This document shows positions 35,076 to 45,051 of a stretch of 64,000 bases of DNA, piece after piece; position 1 is the first letter of the stretch; each line of letters begins with the position of its first letter. The position numbers were made by a program, and so were the translations under genes. Source of the stretch: Pelagomonas calceolata (Eukaryota); contig CAKKNE010000001.1 in NCBI GenBank assembly GCA_918797485.1, positions 1,054,001 to 1,118,000 of the forward strand, read 5' to 3'. The notes beneath the pieces were generated by a model. That model made no database searches and was not told the DNA's origin. It was given only the letters and a program-made list of their open reading frames with translations.

Positions 35076-35299
35076 TACTTGTATTGTGAATTCAGCCGAC
35101 TGGACACTTCCGTTACTTATCTTTCAATAACCCGCGCGCAGGAAATTTCCGGGATCCACCCTGGGGCGGAGAGCGGTGGCGGCGGAGCTGAATACGAAGA
35201 TCATATATTCGTCATTGATGGACCTGAGGGACGAACAGCGCTGAAGCGGGCGCCCCGCCGCCGTTCGAAGCTCCCCGCAGAAGTTTGCGGCAGCCCAAG

Positions 35300-38200
35300 A
35301 TGCAAGAGGGCTGGCTCTGGGAGCGGCGCCCGGGACGGCTCTACGGCAGCACTTGGAAAAGGCGCTGGTGCGAGGTGAATGGAGGGCGGCTTCGCGTCTA
35401 CGACGCGAACAAGGCCAGGGAAGTGGCGACGATTCACATCCGCGCCGAAACGACGCTGTGCGATCGACTGACCGAAGACGAAGTGCGGCGTGTGGGACGA
35501 GCGCCGCAGGCCGGCGCCGCCGCGGTCTACTTCCGCCTCGTGGACCGCGTGGGGGGGCGCAGTCTGGACTTCGCGGCCGAGTCCGAGGCGGACGCGGCGC
35601 GCTGGATCGCGGCGATCACGCCGACGCCCGTTGGGGACCTCCTAAGCTTCGACGTGCCGGGTCCGGTGCAGCCTCCGCCTCCGCTGCGGCCGTCGCTCTC
35701 GCAGCCACCGCCGCCGCAGCCGCCGCAACCGGCGCGCCAACCCTCCGAGCCCGTGCTCGCGACGGGCCGGGTCCTCGCGACGGTCGCCCACGCCTGGAAG
35801 GCGAACGAGCCGTGGCAGATCGATGCCGACGCCGAGGAGGTGGTCGAGGTCCTCGGCGGGCCGGACCAGGACGGCTGGGTCGAGGTCCGCAGCCCGCGTC
35901 GCGGCGGCAGCGGGGCGATCCCGGCGAGCTACCTGGCGTCGACGGCGCCCGACGCGCCGGGTGCGGCGGCCGAGGCTTGGGAACGGGCGACGGAGACCGC
36001 GGCGCGGCCGCCGCGGCCGGAGGCCGCCGAGTCCGACCAGCATGAGCGTGTGGCTCAAGAATATATAGACGCTCGGCAGCGTTGGGGCGATCCCCAAGCT
36101 CACATACCTGAAGGCGAGCGCGTGCAGCTTAGTGATCGGAGCAGCGAGGCGTCCTCGTCCCGGGACCGGCCGCTGCGCGTGCTGGCCGTGACCCTCAACT
36201 GCGGCGACGCGCCGCTCAAGGCCGTGGAGCTGCGCGCGTTCCTGCGGCACGGCCGCGTCGCGCGGCGAGGAGGCACGCGGGACGTGCTGGCGGACGTCGT
36301 CGCCGTGACGCTCCAGGAAGTGAAGATCAGCAGTTTATTCGCAAGAGTCGACCGACTGATCGAGGCGCACCTCAGCCAGCACGAGCGCGTCCCGAACGCC
36401 TGCATCGCGCACCTCCAGGCCCGCATGTTCTTGCTCGTGTTCCGGAGGAGAGACGTCGCGGTTTCCGACGCGACGCACGGCCGCGTCATCACCGGAGGCC
36501 TCGTCAAAGGCGCCTGCTGCGCGGCGCTGACGTGCGCGATCGCGGACAGGAGCTACCGCCTCGCGTTCATCGGCTGCCATCTTGTGACGGTGATGCTCGA
36601 GAGGCTGAACGATGCCTTGAGAAAGATCCTGGACGCGTTCCAATCATTATTATCAAGCGAGGCGGTCGTCTTCACGTTCGGCGATCTGGACTACCGCATC
36701 CACACGACCTACGACGACGCCCTGAAAGACGCGGACGCGTGGGCCACCGTCGTGCGCTTGACGACCGAACGGAGCGTCCCGCGGCTCGCGGCGCTCGACG
36801 AGCTCACGCGGCAACCGCAAGTGAACATCGACGCGTGCGGTTTAGCCGCCTTCTGGACGCCGGAGCTTAATTTCCTTCCGACGTTCAAATGCATCAAAGG
36901 CGTCGCCGGTCTCCGATATGATCGAGGGCGCGTGCCGAGTTATACCGATCGGGTCCTCTTCCGGCCCGGCTCGAATACAGATGTGACTTGCGTGGCGCAC
37001 GAGAACGCGCCGGCGGTGACCTCCTCGGACCACAAGCCCGTGTTGGCCGCCTTTGAAATTTCAGCGGGCTTCGGGAACGTTCACGGTGATATTGTAGATC
37101 TGGCGACGAGCGGCAGCGACGAGCCGCCTCCCGCGGCGCCGGCTCGACCGGAGGCCGCCGGCCCCAACCAGCATGCGCGTATAGCTCAAGAGATAGACGC
37201 TCGGCAGCGTTGGGGCGATCCCCAAGCTCACATACCTGAAGGCGAGCGCGTGCAGCTTAGTGATCGGAGCAGCGAGGCGTCCTCGTCCAGGGACCGGCCG
37301 CTGCGCGTGCTGGCCGTGACCCTCAACTGCAGCGACGCGCTCCCCAGGACGGTGGAGCTGCGCGCGTTCCTGCGGCACGGCCGCGTCGCGCGGCGAGGCA
37401 CGCGGGACGTGCTGGCGGACGTCGTCGCAGTGACGCTGCAAGATGTGGGGCGCTGCGCTCCAATACTCGTCGCAATGATCGAGGCGCACCTGAGCCAGCA
37501 CGAGCGCGTCCCGAACGCCTGCATCAAGTACCTGGGCGGGGGCATGAGAAGTCCGGAAAGCATGTTTTTGCTTGTGTTCCGAAGGAGAGACGTCGAGGTT
37601 TCTGATGCGACGCACGGCCCCGTCATCGACGAAGGGCTCATCAAAGGCGCCTGCTGCGCGGCGTTGACCTGCGCGGTCGCGGACAAGAGCTACCGCCTCG
37701 CGTTCATCGGCTGCCATCTTGTGACGGGGATGCTCGAGAGGCTGAACGATGCCTTGAGAAAGATCCTGGACGCGTTCCAATCATTTTTATCCGGCGATTC
37801 GGTCGTCTTCATGTTCGGCGACCTGAACTACCGCATCAACAGGACCTACGACGACGCCCTGAAAGACGCGGACGCATGGGCCACCGTCGTGCGCTTGGCG
37901 AACGAACGGAGCATCCCGCGGCTCGCGGCGCTCGACGGGCTCACGCGGCAACCGCAAGTGAACATCGACGCGTGCGGTTTAGCCGCCTTCTGGACGCCGG
38001 CGCTGAATTTTCTTCCGACGTCACCAGTCCGATATATTGAACAAGTTAAGTTACACCGTTTTGGGCCAACTCTATTTAAAAAGATTGAGTACAAGATACC
38101 AGTGCTGGGTTATACCGATCGGGTCCTCTTCCGGCCCGGCTCGAATACAGATGTGACTTGTGTGGCGCACGAGAGCGTGCCGGCGGTGACCTCCTCGGAC

Positions 38201-38830
38201 CACAAGCCCGTGTCGGCCGCCTTTGAGATTTCAGTGGGCTTCGGGAACGTTCACGGTGATATTGTAGATCTGGCGACGAGCGGCAGCGACGAGCCGCCTC
38301 CCGCGGCGCCGGCTCGACCGGGGGCCGCCGGCCCCATCCAGCATGCGCATATAGCTCAAGAGATAGACGCTCGGCAGCGTTGGGGTGATCCCCAAGCTCA
38401 CATACCTGAAGGCGAGCGCGTTGATCGGCTTAGTGATGACAATGTTCATCGGAGGTCGACGTGGACGCGGTCGCGGCCGTCGGCTTCGGCGCCAGCGACG
38501 ACGCCACCGCCACCGCCACCGCCGGCGCCCCAGTCGCAGAAGAACCAGGAGCACGCGGCACTCATCGCCGACGTGCAGTGGACGAACGTCTACGCGGCGA
38601 AAGGTGTGGACGGAGTGACGCACAGCGACTTGCTCATGACGCGCAGACACTACCGAGAGCTGGCGGAGGGCCACGAACGCGACCTCGTCCACGAGCTCCG
38701 CGATTACGAGGCGAGCGGCGGCGATCTCGACGCCATCCGCCGGCACATCGACGACGCGGCGAGTGCGCGCGTCTGGGACATGTTCGTGACGAACTACAAG
38801 CGGTTTCTCCGGACCGGAGACGCGTCTTGA
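35300..38830 (+). CDS. PH-SH3 protein with tandemly duplicated inositol polyphosphate 5-phosphatase domains
   Basis: QEGWLWE..WKRRW (PH); DGWVEV..GAIPASYL (SH3); two copies of VTLN, FIGCHL, FGDL(D/N)YRI, YTDRVL, SSDHKPV. Confidence 0.85.
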   Translation: MQEGWLWERRPGRLYGSTWKRRWCEVNGGRLRVYDANKAREVATIHIRAETTLCDRLTEDEVRRVGRAPQAGAAAVYFRLVDRVGGRSLDFAAESEADAARWIAAITPTPVGDLLSFDVPGPVQPPPPLRPSLSQPPPPQPPQPARQPSEPVLATGRVLATVAHAWKANEPWQIDADAEEVVEVLGGPDQDGWVEVRSPRRGGSGAIPASYLASTAPDAPGAAAEAWERATETAARPPRPEAAESDQHERVAQEYIDARQRWGDPQAHIPEGERVQLSDRSSEASSSRDRPLRVLAVTLNCGDAPLKAVELRAFLRHGRVARRGGTRDVLADVVAVTLQEVKISSLFARVDRLIEAHLSQHERVPNACIAHLQARMFLLVFRRRDVAVSDATHGRVITGGLVKGACCAALTCAIADRSYRLAFIGCHLVTVMLERLNDALRKILDAFQSLLSSEAVVFTFGDLDYRIHTTYDDALKDADAWATVVRLTTERSVPRLAALDELTRQPQVNIDACGLAAFWTPELNFLPTFKCIKGVAGLRYDRGRVPSYTDRVLFRPGSNTDVTCVAHENAPAVTSSDHKPVLAAFEISAGFGNVHGDIVDLATSGSDEPPPAAPARPEAAGPNQHARIAQEIDARQRWGDPQAHIPEGERVQLSDRSSEASSSRDRPLRVLAVTLNCSDALPRTVELRAFLRHGRVARRGTRDVLADVVAVTLQDVGRCAPILVAMIEAHLSQHERVPNACIKYLGGGMRSPESMFLLVFRRRDVEVSDATHGPVIDEGLIKGACCAALTCAVADKSYRLAFIGCHLVTGMLERLNDALRKILDAFQSFLSGDSVVFMFGDLNYRINRTYDDALKDADAWATVVRLANERSIPRLAALDGLTRQPQVNIDACGLAAFWTPALNFLPTSPVRYIEQVKLHRFGPTLFKKIEYKIPVLGYTDRVLFRPGSNTDVTCVAHESVPAVTSSDHKPVSAAFEISVGFGNVHGDIVDLATSGSDEPPPAAPARPGAAGPIQHAHIAQEIDARQRWGDPQAHIPEGERVDRLSDDNVHRRSTWTRSRPSASAPATTPPPPPPPAPQSQKNQEHAALIADVQWTNVYAAKGVDGVTHSDLLMTRRHYRELAEGHERDLVHELRDYEASGGDLDAIRRHIDDAASARVWDMFVTNYKRFLRTGDAS
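36014..38436 (+). repeat. Intragenic tandem duplication of about 1.13-1.17 kb (two full copies plus the start of a third)
   Basis: CAGCATG..GACGCTCGGCAGCGTTGGGG..CATACCTGAAGGCGAGCGCG recurs in units starting near 36014, 37146 and 38316. Confidence 0.9.
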
Positions 38831-39100
38831 GGGACCTTTAGCTTATGATGAGCCAAACCTCGCGGGCCGGAGGCCTGTTTTAGATTTCGAGCGCGAGCGC
38901 GGCGTCACGCTCGTCCTCATTTTTTTATGCGCGTATGTCCTATACCGCCGCAAGAAGCACCAACGCAACAGAATCCGACTCCGTTCGCACCGCATTCCTT
39001 CTATTCCGAACGAGCTTGAAGGTATGACGCGCAGTCAACCTCGCTCTCCTCGTTTGCGGTTCCCCTTCCTTTTTGAAATCACTAAAAATGTACATACAAA

Positions 39101-39197
39101 TACTCATCACCCGAAACATGCACCACCCGATCGTAAAACGAGCACGACGCGATCCGCCCGACGCCTCGTGGCGCACCGCGCCGTAGACGACGAGCCG
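39101..39197 (-). pseudogene. Diverged, frameshifted copy of the DPH7 3' end
   Basis: TACTCATCAC...GCGATCCGCC..GTGGCGCACCGCGCCGTAGACGACG aligns with 40963-41061 with substitutions and small deletions. Confidence 0.75.
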
Positions 39198-39414
39198 CTA
39201 GTTGAAAAAAAAGACGCCGGTATGACGCTACTTCGTCGCACTACATCTCTGGCCGGAGCAGGAGTCTTTATAACTGTCGATCGCGCGCGACCATGGGACG
39301 GGTATTCTGTGTGCCCGGAACTTTACGCGATATCGCGGCACCCAGGCGCTTGGAAGGGCTGCGCTTTTGTCGTATCTACGGTGCGCGAAGACTTGCATTC
39401 AAGAAGGCTCCCCG

Positions 39415-40683
39415 ATGCCACCTCGGACCCGTCCACAGCTACCCCAAGTAGGTGAAGATGGGCTCCCCACGTCTGTGGCGGACTGGATCCAGGAGGCCGT
39501 CAGCGCGTTAGACCAGCTCCGCTGGCGCGTGGCCGAAGCGGACTACCAGATGCGCAACCCCAACGCCATCATCGATACACTACAAAGAAAGTACGAGAAG
39601 GACGTCGCGCCTTTATTGGGTGACTCTCAGAAAAGGAGGAAGCCGCGGATCCCGCCCATGCAAGCACCACAGATGTCTAGAATGCGCACGTCTGCTGGAT
39701 TAACTTTAGATATCTTGGACGAGGCCGAGCGCGAGAGCGCCGCGGCGCGCGCTGCCTTCGACCGCGAGACGGCGAACAAGAGCGACTGCGTCCATGCCTT
39801 GTCGAAACACGGTGCGCTGGCGCGGCTCAAGGAGGCGGCGCTGCTCAAGGAGGCGGCGCTGCTCTCCTGCTACTCGAAGGAGCCCTGGGCCGAGCTACAA
39901 AAGAAGAAACCGCTTAACCCCTTCTGCCCGGCTCTGGCATCGGTGCCGCCAGGGCTCGTACAAAAAGTCCTGCATTTCCTTCCACTGGACAAGGTTCACC
40001 AGGCGAAGCAGGTCTCGAAGCTCTACCGGTCCGCGGCGCACTCTGCGATGACGCGCGGGCGGTGGAAGCCGGTCAGATTGGTCGCCGAGCATTTCAAGCG
40101 CCATGCGATGCCCCCCTCCCTCGCGCTCTGCCGGGCGGCCTGGGACGTGGACCCGATCGAGACTCTGAGGCTTGCCCCCGTGGCCGCCCAGTTCCTCGCA
40201 CTCGTCGAGCCGTCTCTCGACGGTTTGGAACGAATTTTGAAGGTCTGCGAGCGCAAGCCATCGGTCCGACTGGTATGCTTTATCATTACCGACTGGGCGA
40301 AGCGCATTGGTACCCCCATCACTGGGCAGCGAGGGCAGCCCTACCGCGCTCTCGTTCTGCGCGGGCTCTCCCGGGCGTTGCGAACTTGGACTGACGCTAC
40401 GGTGGCGGTGGATTACTATTTCAAGTGGTTGCAGATTCTGGGGGAAACTCCCAAACTGGTCGAATTTACCCGGAACTGGGAAGATAGCAAAGCGTCGGCC
40501 TTCGCCACGGCCCTCGCTGCAGCCCGTGCCCGGCAGCGGCAGCGCGCGCACAAGTGCTGCATCGAGTGCTCGCGGAGCGACCGCGAGTCCAAGGAGTGCC
40601 TGACGACGTTTCCGCGGGGCTCCAGCGTTAAGTGCGGGGTGTGCAAGAAGTTGAACCGCAAGTGCAGCTTCGTCTACAACTAG
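39415..40683 (+). CDS. F-box-like protein with C-terminal Zn2Cys6-like cluster
   Basis: LASVPPGLVQKVLHFLP..AKQVSKLYR (F-box-like); CIEC..C..CGVC..C at the C-terminus. Confidence 0.6.
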   Translation: MPPRTRPQLPQVGEDGLPTSVADWIQEAVSALDQLRWRVAEADYQMRNPNAIIDTLQRKYEKDVAPLLGDSQKRRKPRIPPMQAPQMSRMRTSAGLTLDILDEAERESAAARAAFDRETANKSDCVHALSKHGALARLKEAALLKEAALLSCYSKEPWAELQKKKPLNPFCPALASVPPGLVQKVLHFLPLDKVHQAKQVSKLYRSAAHSAMTRGRWKPVRLVAEHFKRHAMPPSLALCRAAWDVDPIETLRLAPVAAQFLALVEPSLDGLERILKVCERKPSVRLVCFIITDWAKRIGTPITGQRGQPYRALVLRGLSRALRTWTDATVAVDYYFKWLQILGETPKLVEFTRNWEDSKASAFATALAAARARQRQRAHKCCIECSRSDRESKECLTTFPRGSSVKCGVCKKLNRKCSFVYN

Positions 40684-40961
40684 CGCGGCGCCAGTCGCAC
40701 GGCGGACGTGACCATCCGTTGCGATGATGAGCTACCATTATCATAGCGCGGCCGCGACGCGTCGACGACGTCTCCCACTATTAATGCGACAACTTCTCTT
40801 GAGGCCTGGGCGGCCGGAGCAGCCCGTCGCGCGCGCGTTAAGAGATGCACCGTCTGATGCGGTCGCGAAGATGCGCTACGCGCCGACCGTCAGGATCCCC
40901 ACGAGGTTCGCTCTTGACTAAGATAATATTGTGATTGTGAGTTTCGAGTTTTACAAAAATA

Positions 40962-41885
40962 TTACTCATCACACCACACATGCACCCCCCGATCATAGAA
41001 AGAACACGACGCGATCCGCCGGGACGCCCCGTGGCGCACCGCGCCGTAGACGACGGAGCCGTGGTGGTCGTAGACGCCGGCCACCGCTAAGGGCGTTGCC
41101 CGAAGCACGCACGCGCCGGCGCCCATGCACGCCGCGAGGTAGCCGCCGCCGTCGCGCGCGAGCGCGTAGGCGCCGCCGCCCACCGCAACGGACGCCGTCG
41201 GCGCCGCCGGCGCGCGCAGGTCCCAGAGCCGCACGGACTCGTCGTACGAGCCCGTCGAGACGGATCCGTCGTCGCACAACACGGCCGTGACGCCGGCGCC
41301 GTGGCGCAGGGCGAGCGCCGGTTTTGGCGACCGCGCGTCCCAGGCCTTGAGCAGGCCGTCGTCGGCGCCGGACACGTAGAGCCCCGTGCTCGGATCGCGC
41401 CCGACGCACCAGACCTCGGCGGGGCAGCCCGGCGCGTAGGCGTGCGCGTCCCACGATTGGCTCTCCGCGAGCCCGTCGTCGGCGCGCCAGCGCGAGACCC
41501 GGCCCGAGTCGCCCTCGGCGACGACCAGCGCGTCGGGCCCGTCCCAGACGACGTCCGTGAAGAGGTGGCCCTTGGCCTCCGATACGGTTGATACGGTCAG
41601 CGTCTCGGCAACGTCGACGAGCGCGACGCGGCCGTCCGCCGTCGCCACCGCCAACTGCGAGCCGCGCGGCGCCAGCGCGTAGCCGCCGCGCAGCTCGAGC
41701 GTCGCCGCGATCTCAGTGTTACGCATGAGGCAGAGCCCGCCGACGCGCGTTCCCTCGGCCTCGACGTAGTCGTACGTCGCGGCGACGAGCGCGTCGTCGA
41801 CCCAGGCGAGGGCGCAGGGCTGATTTGGGAGCTCGATTTGTATCTTTGCGGGCGCGTAGCTGCGTGGCGCGGTCAGTGCGGCCAT
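40962..41885 (-). CDS. DPH7: Diphthine methyl ester hydrolase (WD40)
   Basis: AATY, AH..EVW, SGADD..LKAWDAR, HGAGVT, TGSYDESVRLWDLR, VGGG, ACM, HGSVVYG, SCSFYD. Confidence 0.85.
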   Translation of the reverse strand: MAALTAPRSYAPAKIQIELPNQPCALAWVDDALVAATYDYVEAEGTRVGGLCLMRNTEIAATLELRGGYALAPRGSQLAVATADGRVALVDVAETLTVSTVSEAKGHLFTDVVWDGPDALVVAEGDSGRVSRWRADDGLAESQSWDAHAYAPGCPAEVWCVGRDPSTGLYVSGADDGLLKAWDARSPKPALALRHGAGVTAVLCDDGSVSTGSYDESVRLWDLRAPAAPTASVAVGGGAYALARDGGGYLAACMGAGACVLRATPLAVAGVYDHHGSVVYGAVRHGASRRIASCSFYDRGVHVWCDE

Positions 41886-42032
41886 TTTGCACTGGGATGG
41901 TTTTGCTCCCGTAGCGGTCGAATTAATGGATGGATTGATATCGTTGGTATTAATTACGAGCGCTGCGACTTTCGCAAGCACTTGCACAGCCTAGGTGCTG
42001 AGATTGCAGGCTTTGCCGCTGCTGCTTGCTTT

Positions 42033-42055
42033 CTAGTGTCTTACTGGCCGCTAGC
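42033..42055 (+). promoter_or_regulatory. Recurrent upstream motif (CTAGTGTCTTACTGGCCGCTAGC)
   Basis: About 150 nt upstream of the DPH7 ATG. Confidence 0.6.
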
Positions 42056-42128
42056 GGTTGCACTGGGGAGGGTTCAATAAGTGGCTCTCTCTCTCTCTTT
42101 GCACAAAAAAAACACAACAACTCGTTAG

Positions 42129-43523
42129 TTAAACACCGTCCGGAGGCGCCGCAACGCGGTCCTCCGCCGCGAACCCCGCGGGAACGCCCTCACCCTCATC
42201 AACAACCGCCAGGACGCGGTACCGCTCGCCCATCTGCGCCGGATCCACGAGCCGCTCGCAGGCCGTGATCAGCTGGTCGACCTGCCGCTCCGTGATGTCC
42301 TCGAGCGCCAGTAGCGCCTCGAGCCGCGCGACGATGCCCATCCTCTGCAACCACTCGCCCTGCGTCGTGGATCCGAAGACGCGCGCGCCATCAACGGACG
42401 CGCCGTGCCGCGCGCAGGCGCCAAAGTCCGCGTCGACGGTCAGGTCGACCAGCCCCGGCTCGGCCAGCGGGTGCACCTGCTCGTGGCGCCGGAAGCCGCG
42501 CAGCGTGTCGCCCGGTGAAGCTCCATCGAAGCCGTAGTCGACAAATAACGCCGCGCCGCGGTCCGCCGCGATGCGCTCACTTATCGCGCGGCACAGCGCG
42601 AGCGCGCCAGGCGCCACTTCCACCGTGTCCTCGCCGTCCTCCGTGATGATATGCGGCGCGAGCGCCCGCGACGCGGGCGTCGGCTGCGGCGCCAACACAA
42701 AACGGAAGCCTCCCTGGTCATCTAGATCCACGAGCTTCTCGCGCCAGCCCTCGGCCGTGCGGACGAACTGGTAGGGCGGGAAGGCATCCAGCACCTCCTG
42801 GCCGATGAAGAGCGTCGGGATTCCGTGCGGCACGTCTTCCAGCGACGAGTGCCAGGCCACGCGCGCGTCCCTTCCTTCGTGGCCCTCGACGACCCACTCG
42901 ACGCTCTTCGTCTCCTCCGGTTTTGTGGAAGAGGTATGGGACGGCCTCGCTTGCAGCGTGCGCCGCTGCTCGACTCGCAACGTCAACGAGGGCTCGACCA
43001 GGTGCACGTCCGTCAGCGCATCCCTAAAAGGCGGCCACGTCGCCGTCGCTCTCAGTATATCAGCACACAACGTGCCGCGCCCGGGCCCCACCTCCACGAT
43101 TCGAATCTGCGCCGGCTTGCCCAGCCGCTGCCACTCGGACACGAACCAGACGCCAATAAGTTCCCCGAACAGCTGCGACAGCTCCGGCGCCGTCACGAAA
43201 TCGCCGCCGGCCCCGAAGTTGTGCACGGCGCCCTTCCTCGCATAATAGCCGTGCGTCGGGTGCAGCAGGCACTGCTTCACGTACTCGTGGACGCTCACGG
43301 GGCCTCGGGCTCTTATTTGAGACTCGAGCTCGCGGCCGAGCGGCGTCGCGGGCGGCTTCGGCGGGGCGTAGCCAGCTGTTCCTAGGCCGGAGCGGTCGAC
43401 CTTGACGTCGTCGTCGCTGCCGCCACCAATGCTGCTGCTGCTGCGCGACGCGGCGGCGGCGCGCCTCGCCAGCGTGGTGCTGCAGCGTGGCAGCCGCCGC
43501 ACGAGGCGAAGCATCGCGTGCAT
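42129..43523 (-). CDS. NDUFAF7: Mitochondrial arginine methyltransferase, complex I assembly factor (MidA)
   Basis: GYY..FGAGGDFVTAPELSQLFGE, VEVGPGRGTL, QEVLDAFP, DYG, PGLVDLTVDADF, RLVDPAQMGERY. Confidence 0.92.
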   Translation of the reverse strand: MHAMLRLVRRLPRCSTTLARRAAAASRSSSSIGGGSDDDVKVDRSGLGTAGYAPPKPPATPLGRELESQIRARGPVSVHEYVKQCLLHPTHGYYARKGAVHNFGAGGDFVTAPELSQLFGELIGVWFVSEWQRLGKPAQIRIVEVGPGRGTLCADILRATATWPPFRDALTDVHLVEPSLTLRVEQRRTLQARPSHTSSTKPEETKSVEWVVEGHEGRDARVAWHSSLEDVPHGIPTLFIGQEVLDAFPPYQFVRTAEGWREKLVDLDDQGGFRFVLAPQPTPASRALAPHIITEDGEDTVEVAPGALALCRAISERIAADRGAALFVDYGFDGASPGDTLRGFRRHEQVHPLAEPGLVDLTVDADFGACARHGASVDGARVFGSTTQGEWLQRMGIVARLEALLALEDITERQVDQLITACERLVDPAQMGERYRVLAVVDEGEGVPAGFAAEDRVAAPPDGV

Positions 43524-43616
43524 CTGTGTCGCGGCAGGTTCGGGTGCGACAAATGCTATCTAAGGCCACTAATGGGCGAGCTTTTTGCGACTCGCAAGCC
43601 GAGGTGGCAGCCATAC

Positions 43617-43638
43617 CTAGCGTTTTGAGACACACTAG
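43617..43638 (-). promoter_or_regulatory. Recurrent upstream motif (variant)
   Basis: CTAGCGTTTTGAGACACACTAG between divergent genes. Confidence 0.45.
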
Positions 43639-43879
43639 CCCCATGGCCTACGAGCATGCACCATTCCCTACCAGGACGTGGCAGACATACTACAACGGCA
43701 AAAGACGGCTAGTTCCCGCGCATGGAAACCAGAATGCTCCGCGCGGGTCCAGAAAGTTTCCAACTGAGAGCTGCCCAGCAAGCTGTACAAGCAACCAAAC
43801 CACCGCAAGAGCTGCCCGTGTAGCACGAGCTGCATCACTCCACACTCACAGTACCACTGATAGACAGACACCGACAACC

Positions 43880-44935
43880 ATGGTCGCCTTCTTCCAGCAA
43901 GTCGGCGGCGCCGACGACAGGATGTTCTTTGCGCCGGTGCGCAGTGCTAGCCGCGCCGACAAGGAGAAGCTCGCAAAGACGCCGAGCGTCGGCGTCAAAG
44001 TGATGGCGCCCTGGACCAATGGCCAGCTCTACCCGGGCAAGGTCAGCCGCGTGACGGGCGCCGGCGTCGTGACCGTCCTCTTCGACGACGGCGACGTCCG
44101 GGAGGGCGTCGCGTGGACGGCCTGCACGGCCCGCGCCACGGGCGCCGCGAGCCTCCACGAGGCGATCCGGCGCAAGGACCTCCGGGCCGTCAAGGCGTGC
44201 ATTGAGAGTGGACGAGACGTCAACGTTAAGGGCCCCGACGGCAACTACCCGCTCGCGAGCGCCGCGCACGACGGCCTCACGGAGATAGTCGACGCTTTGC
44301 TTGTGGCTGGCGCGGAGGTCAACAAGCAGGCCGCGACCGGCGCGACAGCCCTCCACTACGCGGCGTTCCGGGGCCACGCGGCCTGCGTCCGCCGGCTCGT
44401 CGACGCCGGCGCCGACGTCCACCTCACGGCCTGGAACGCGCCGCCCCTGACGCCCCTCGAAAGCGCCATCAGCCACAAGCGCACCGCCGTCGTGCGGATC
44501 CTCGCGCCGCTGACGAAGGAGCTCCATGCCGAGGCCAAAAAACGGAACGCTGCTGCGGACCCGAAGGACATCGACCTCTTCGAGGCCGTGCGCATCGGCG
44601 ACGTCGCCGCGCTCCAGCGGGAGGGCGTGGACGTCATCAACGCCCGCAACGGCGAGCAGGAGACCTTACTGCACAAATCCTGCCTTTACGATCACCTGGC
44701 CAACCAAGCAAAGGTCGTCGAAGTACTACTGGCGGCCGGCATTGACAAAGATGCAACGCGCGACGGCGGCTGGACGGCGTTGCACCTCTGCGCGGAGCAC
44801 GACCAGCGCGCGTGCGCGAAGCTACTCCTGGCGGCCGGCGCGGACGCGAGCGTCCGGGGCTCCAACGGCATGACCGCCCTGCGGATCGCCGAGGTGTGTC
44901 ACAACACCGCCATCGCGAAGCTGCTCCGCAAGTAG
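43880..44935 (+). CDS. Tudor + ankyrin-repeat protein
   Basis: VMAPWTNGQLYPGKV..VLFDDGD (Tudor); GATALHYAA and GWTALHLCA ankyrin repeats. Confidence 0.8.
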   Translation: MVAFFQQVGGADDRMFFAPVRSASRADKEKLAKTPSVGVKVMAPWTNGQLYPGKVSRVTGAGVVTVLFDDGDVREGVAWTACTARATGAASLHEAIRRKDLRAVKACIESGRDVNVKGPDGNYPLASAAHDGLTEIVDALLVAGAEVNKQAATGATALHYAAFRGHAACVRRLVDAGADVHLTAWNAPPLTPLESAISHKRTAVVRILAPLTKELHAEAKKRNAAADPKDIDLFEAVRIGDVAALQREGVDVINARNGEQETLLHKSCLYDHLANQAKVVEVLLAAGIDKDATRDGGWTALHLCAEHDQRACAKLLLAAGADASVRGSNGMTALRIAEVCHNTAIAKLLRK

Positions 44936-45051
44936 TTGTGTACGTGACTCTTTTCCCTCCCATGTCCCCGAACCAAGACCGTGTAAAATTAAGATAAGAG
45001 TAAAAACTCTCCCAGCACGCCGCCGCGGCGACATAAATGCAAACAAGAAAC

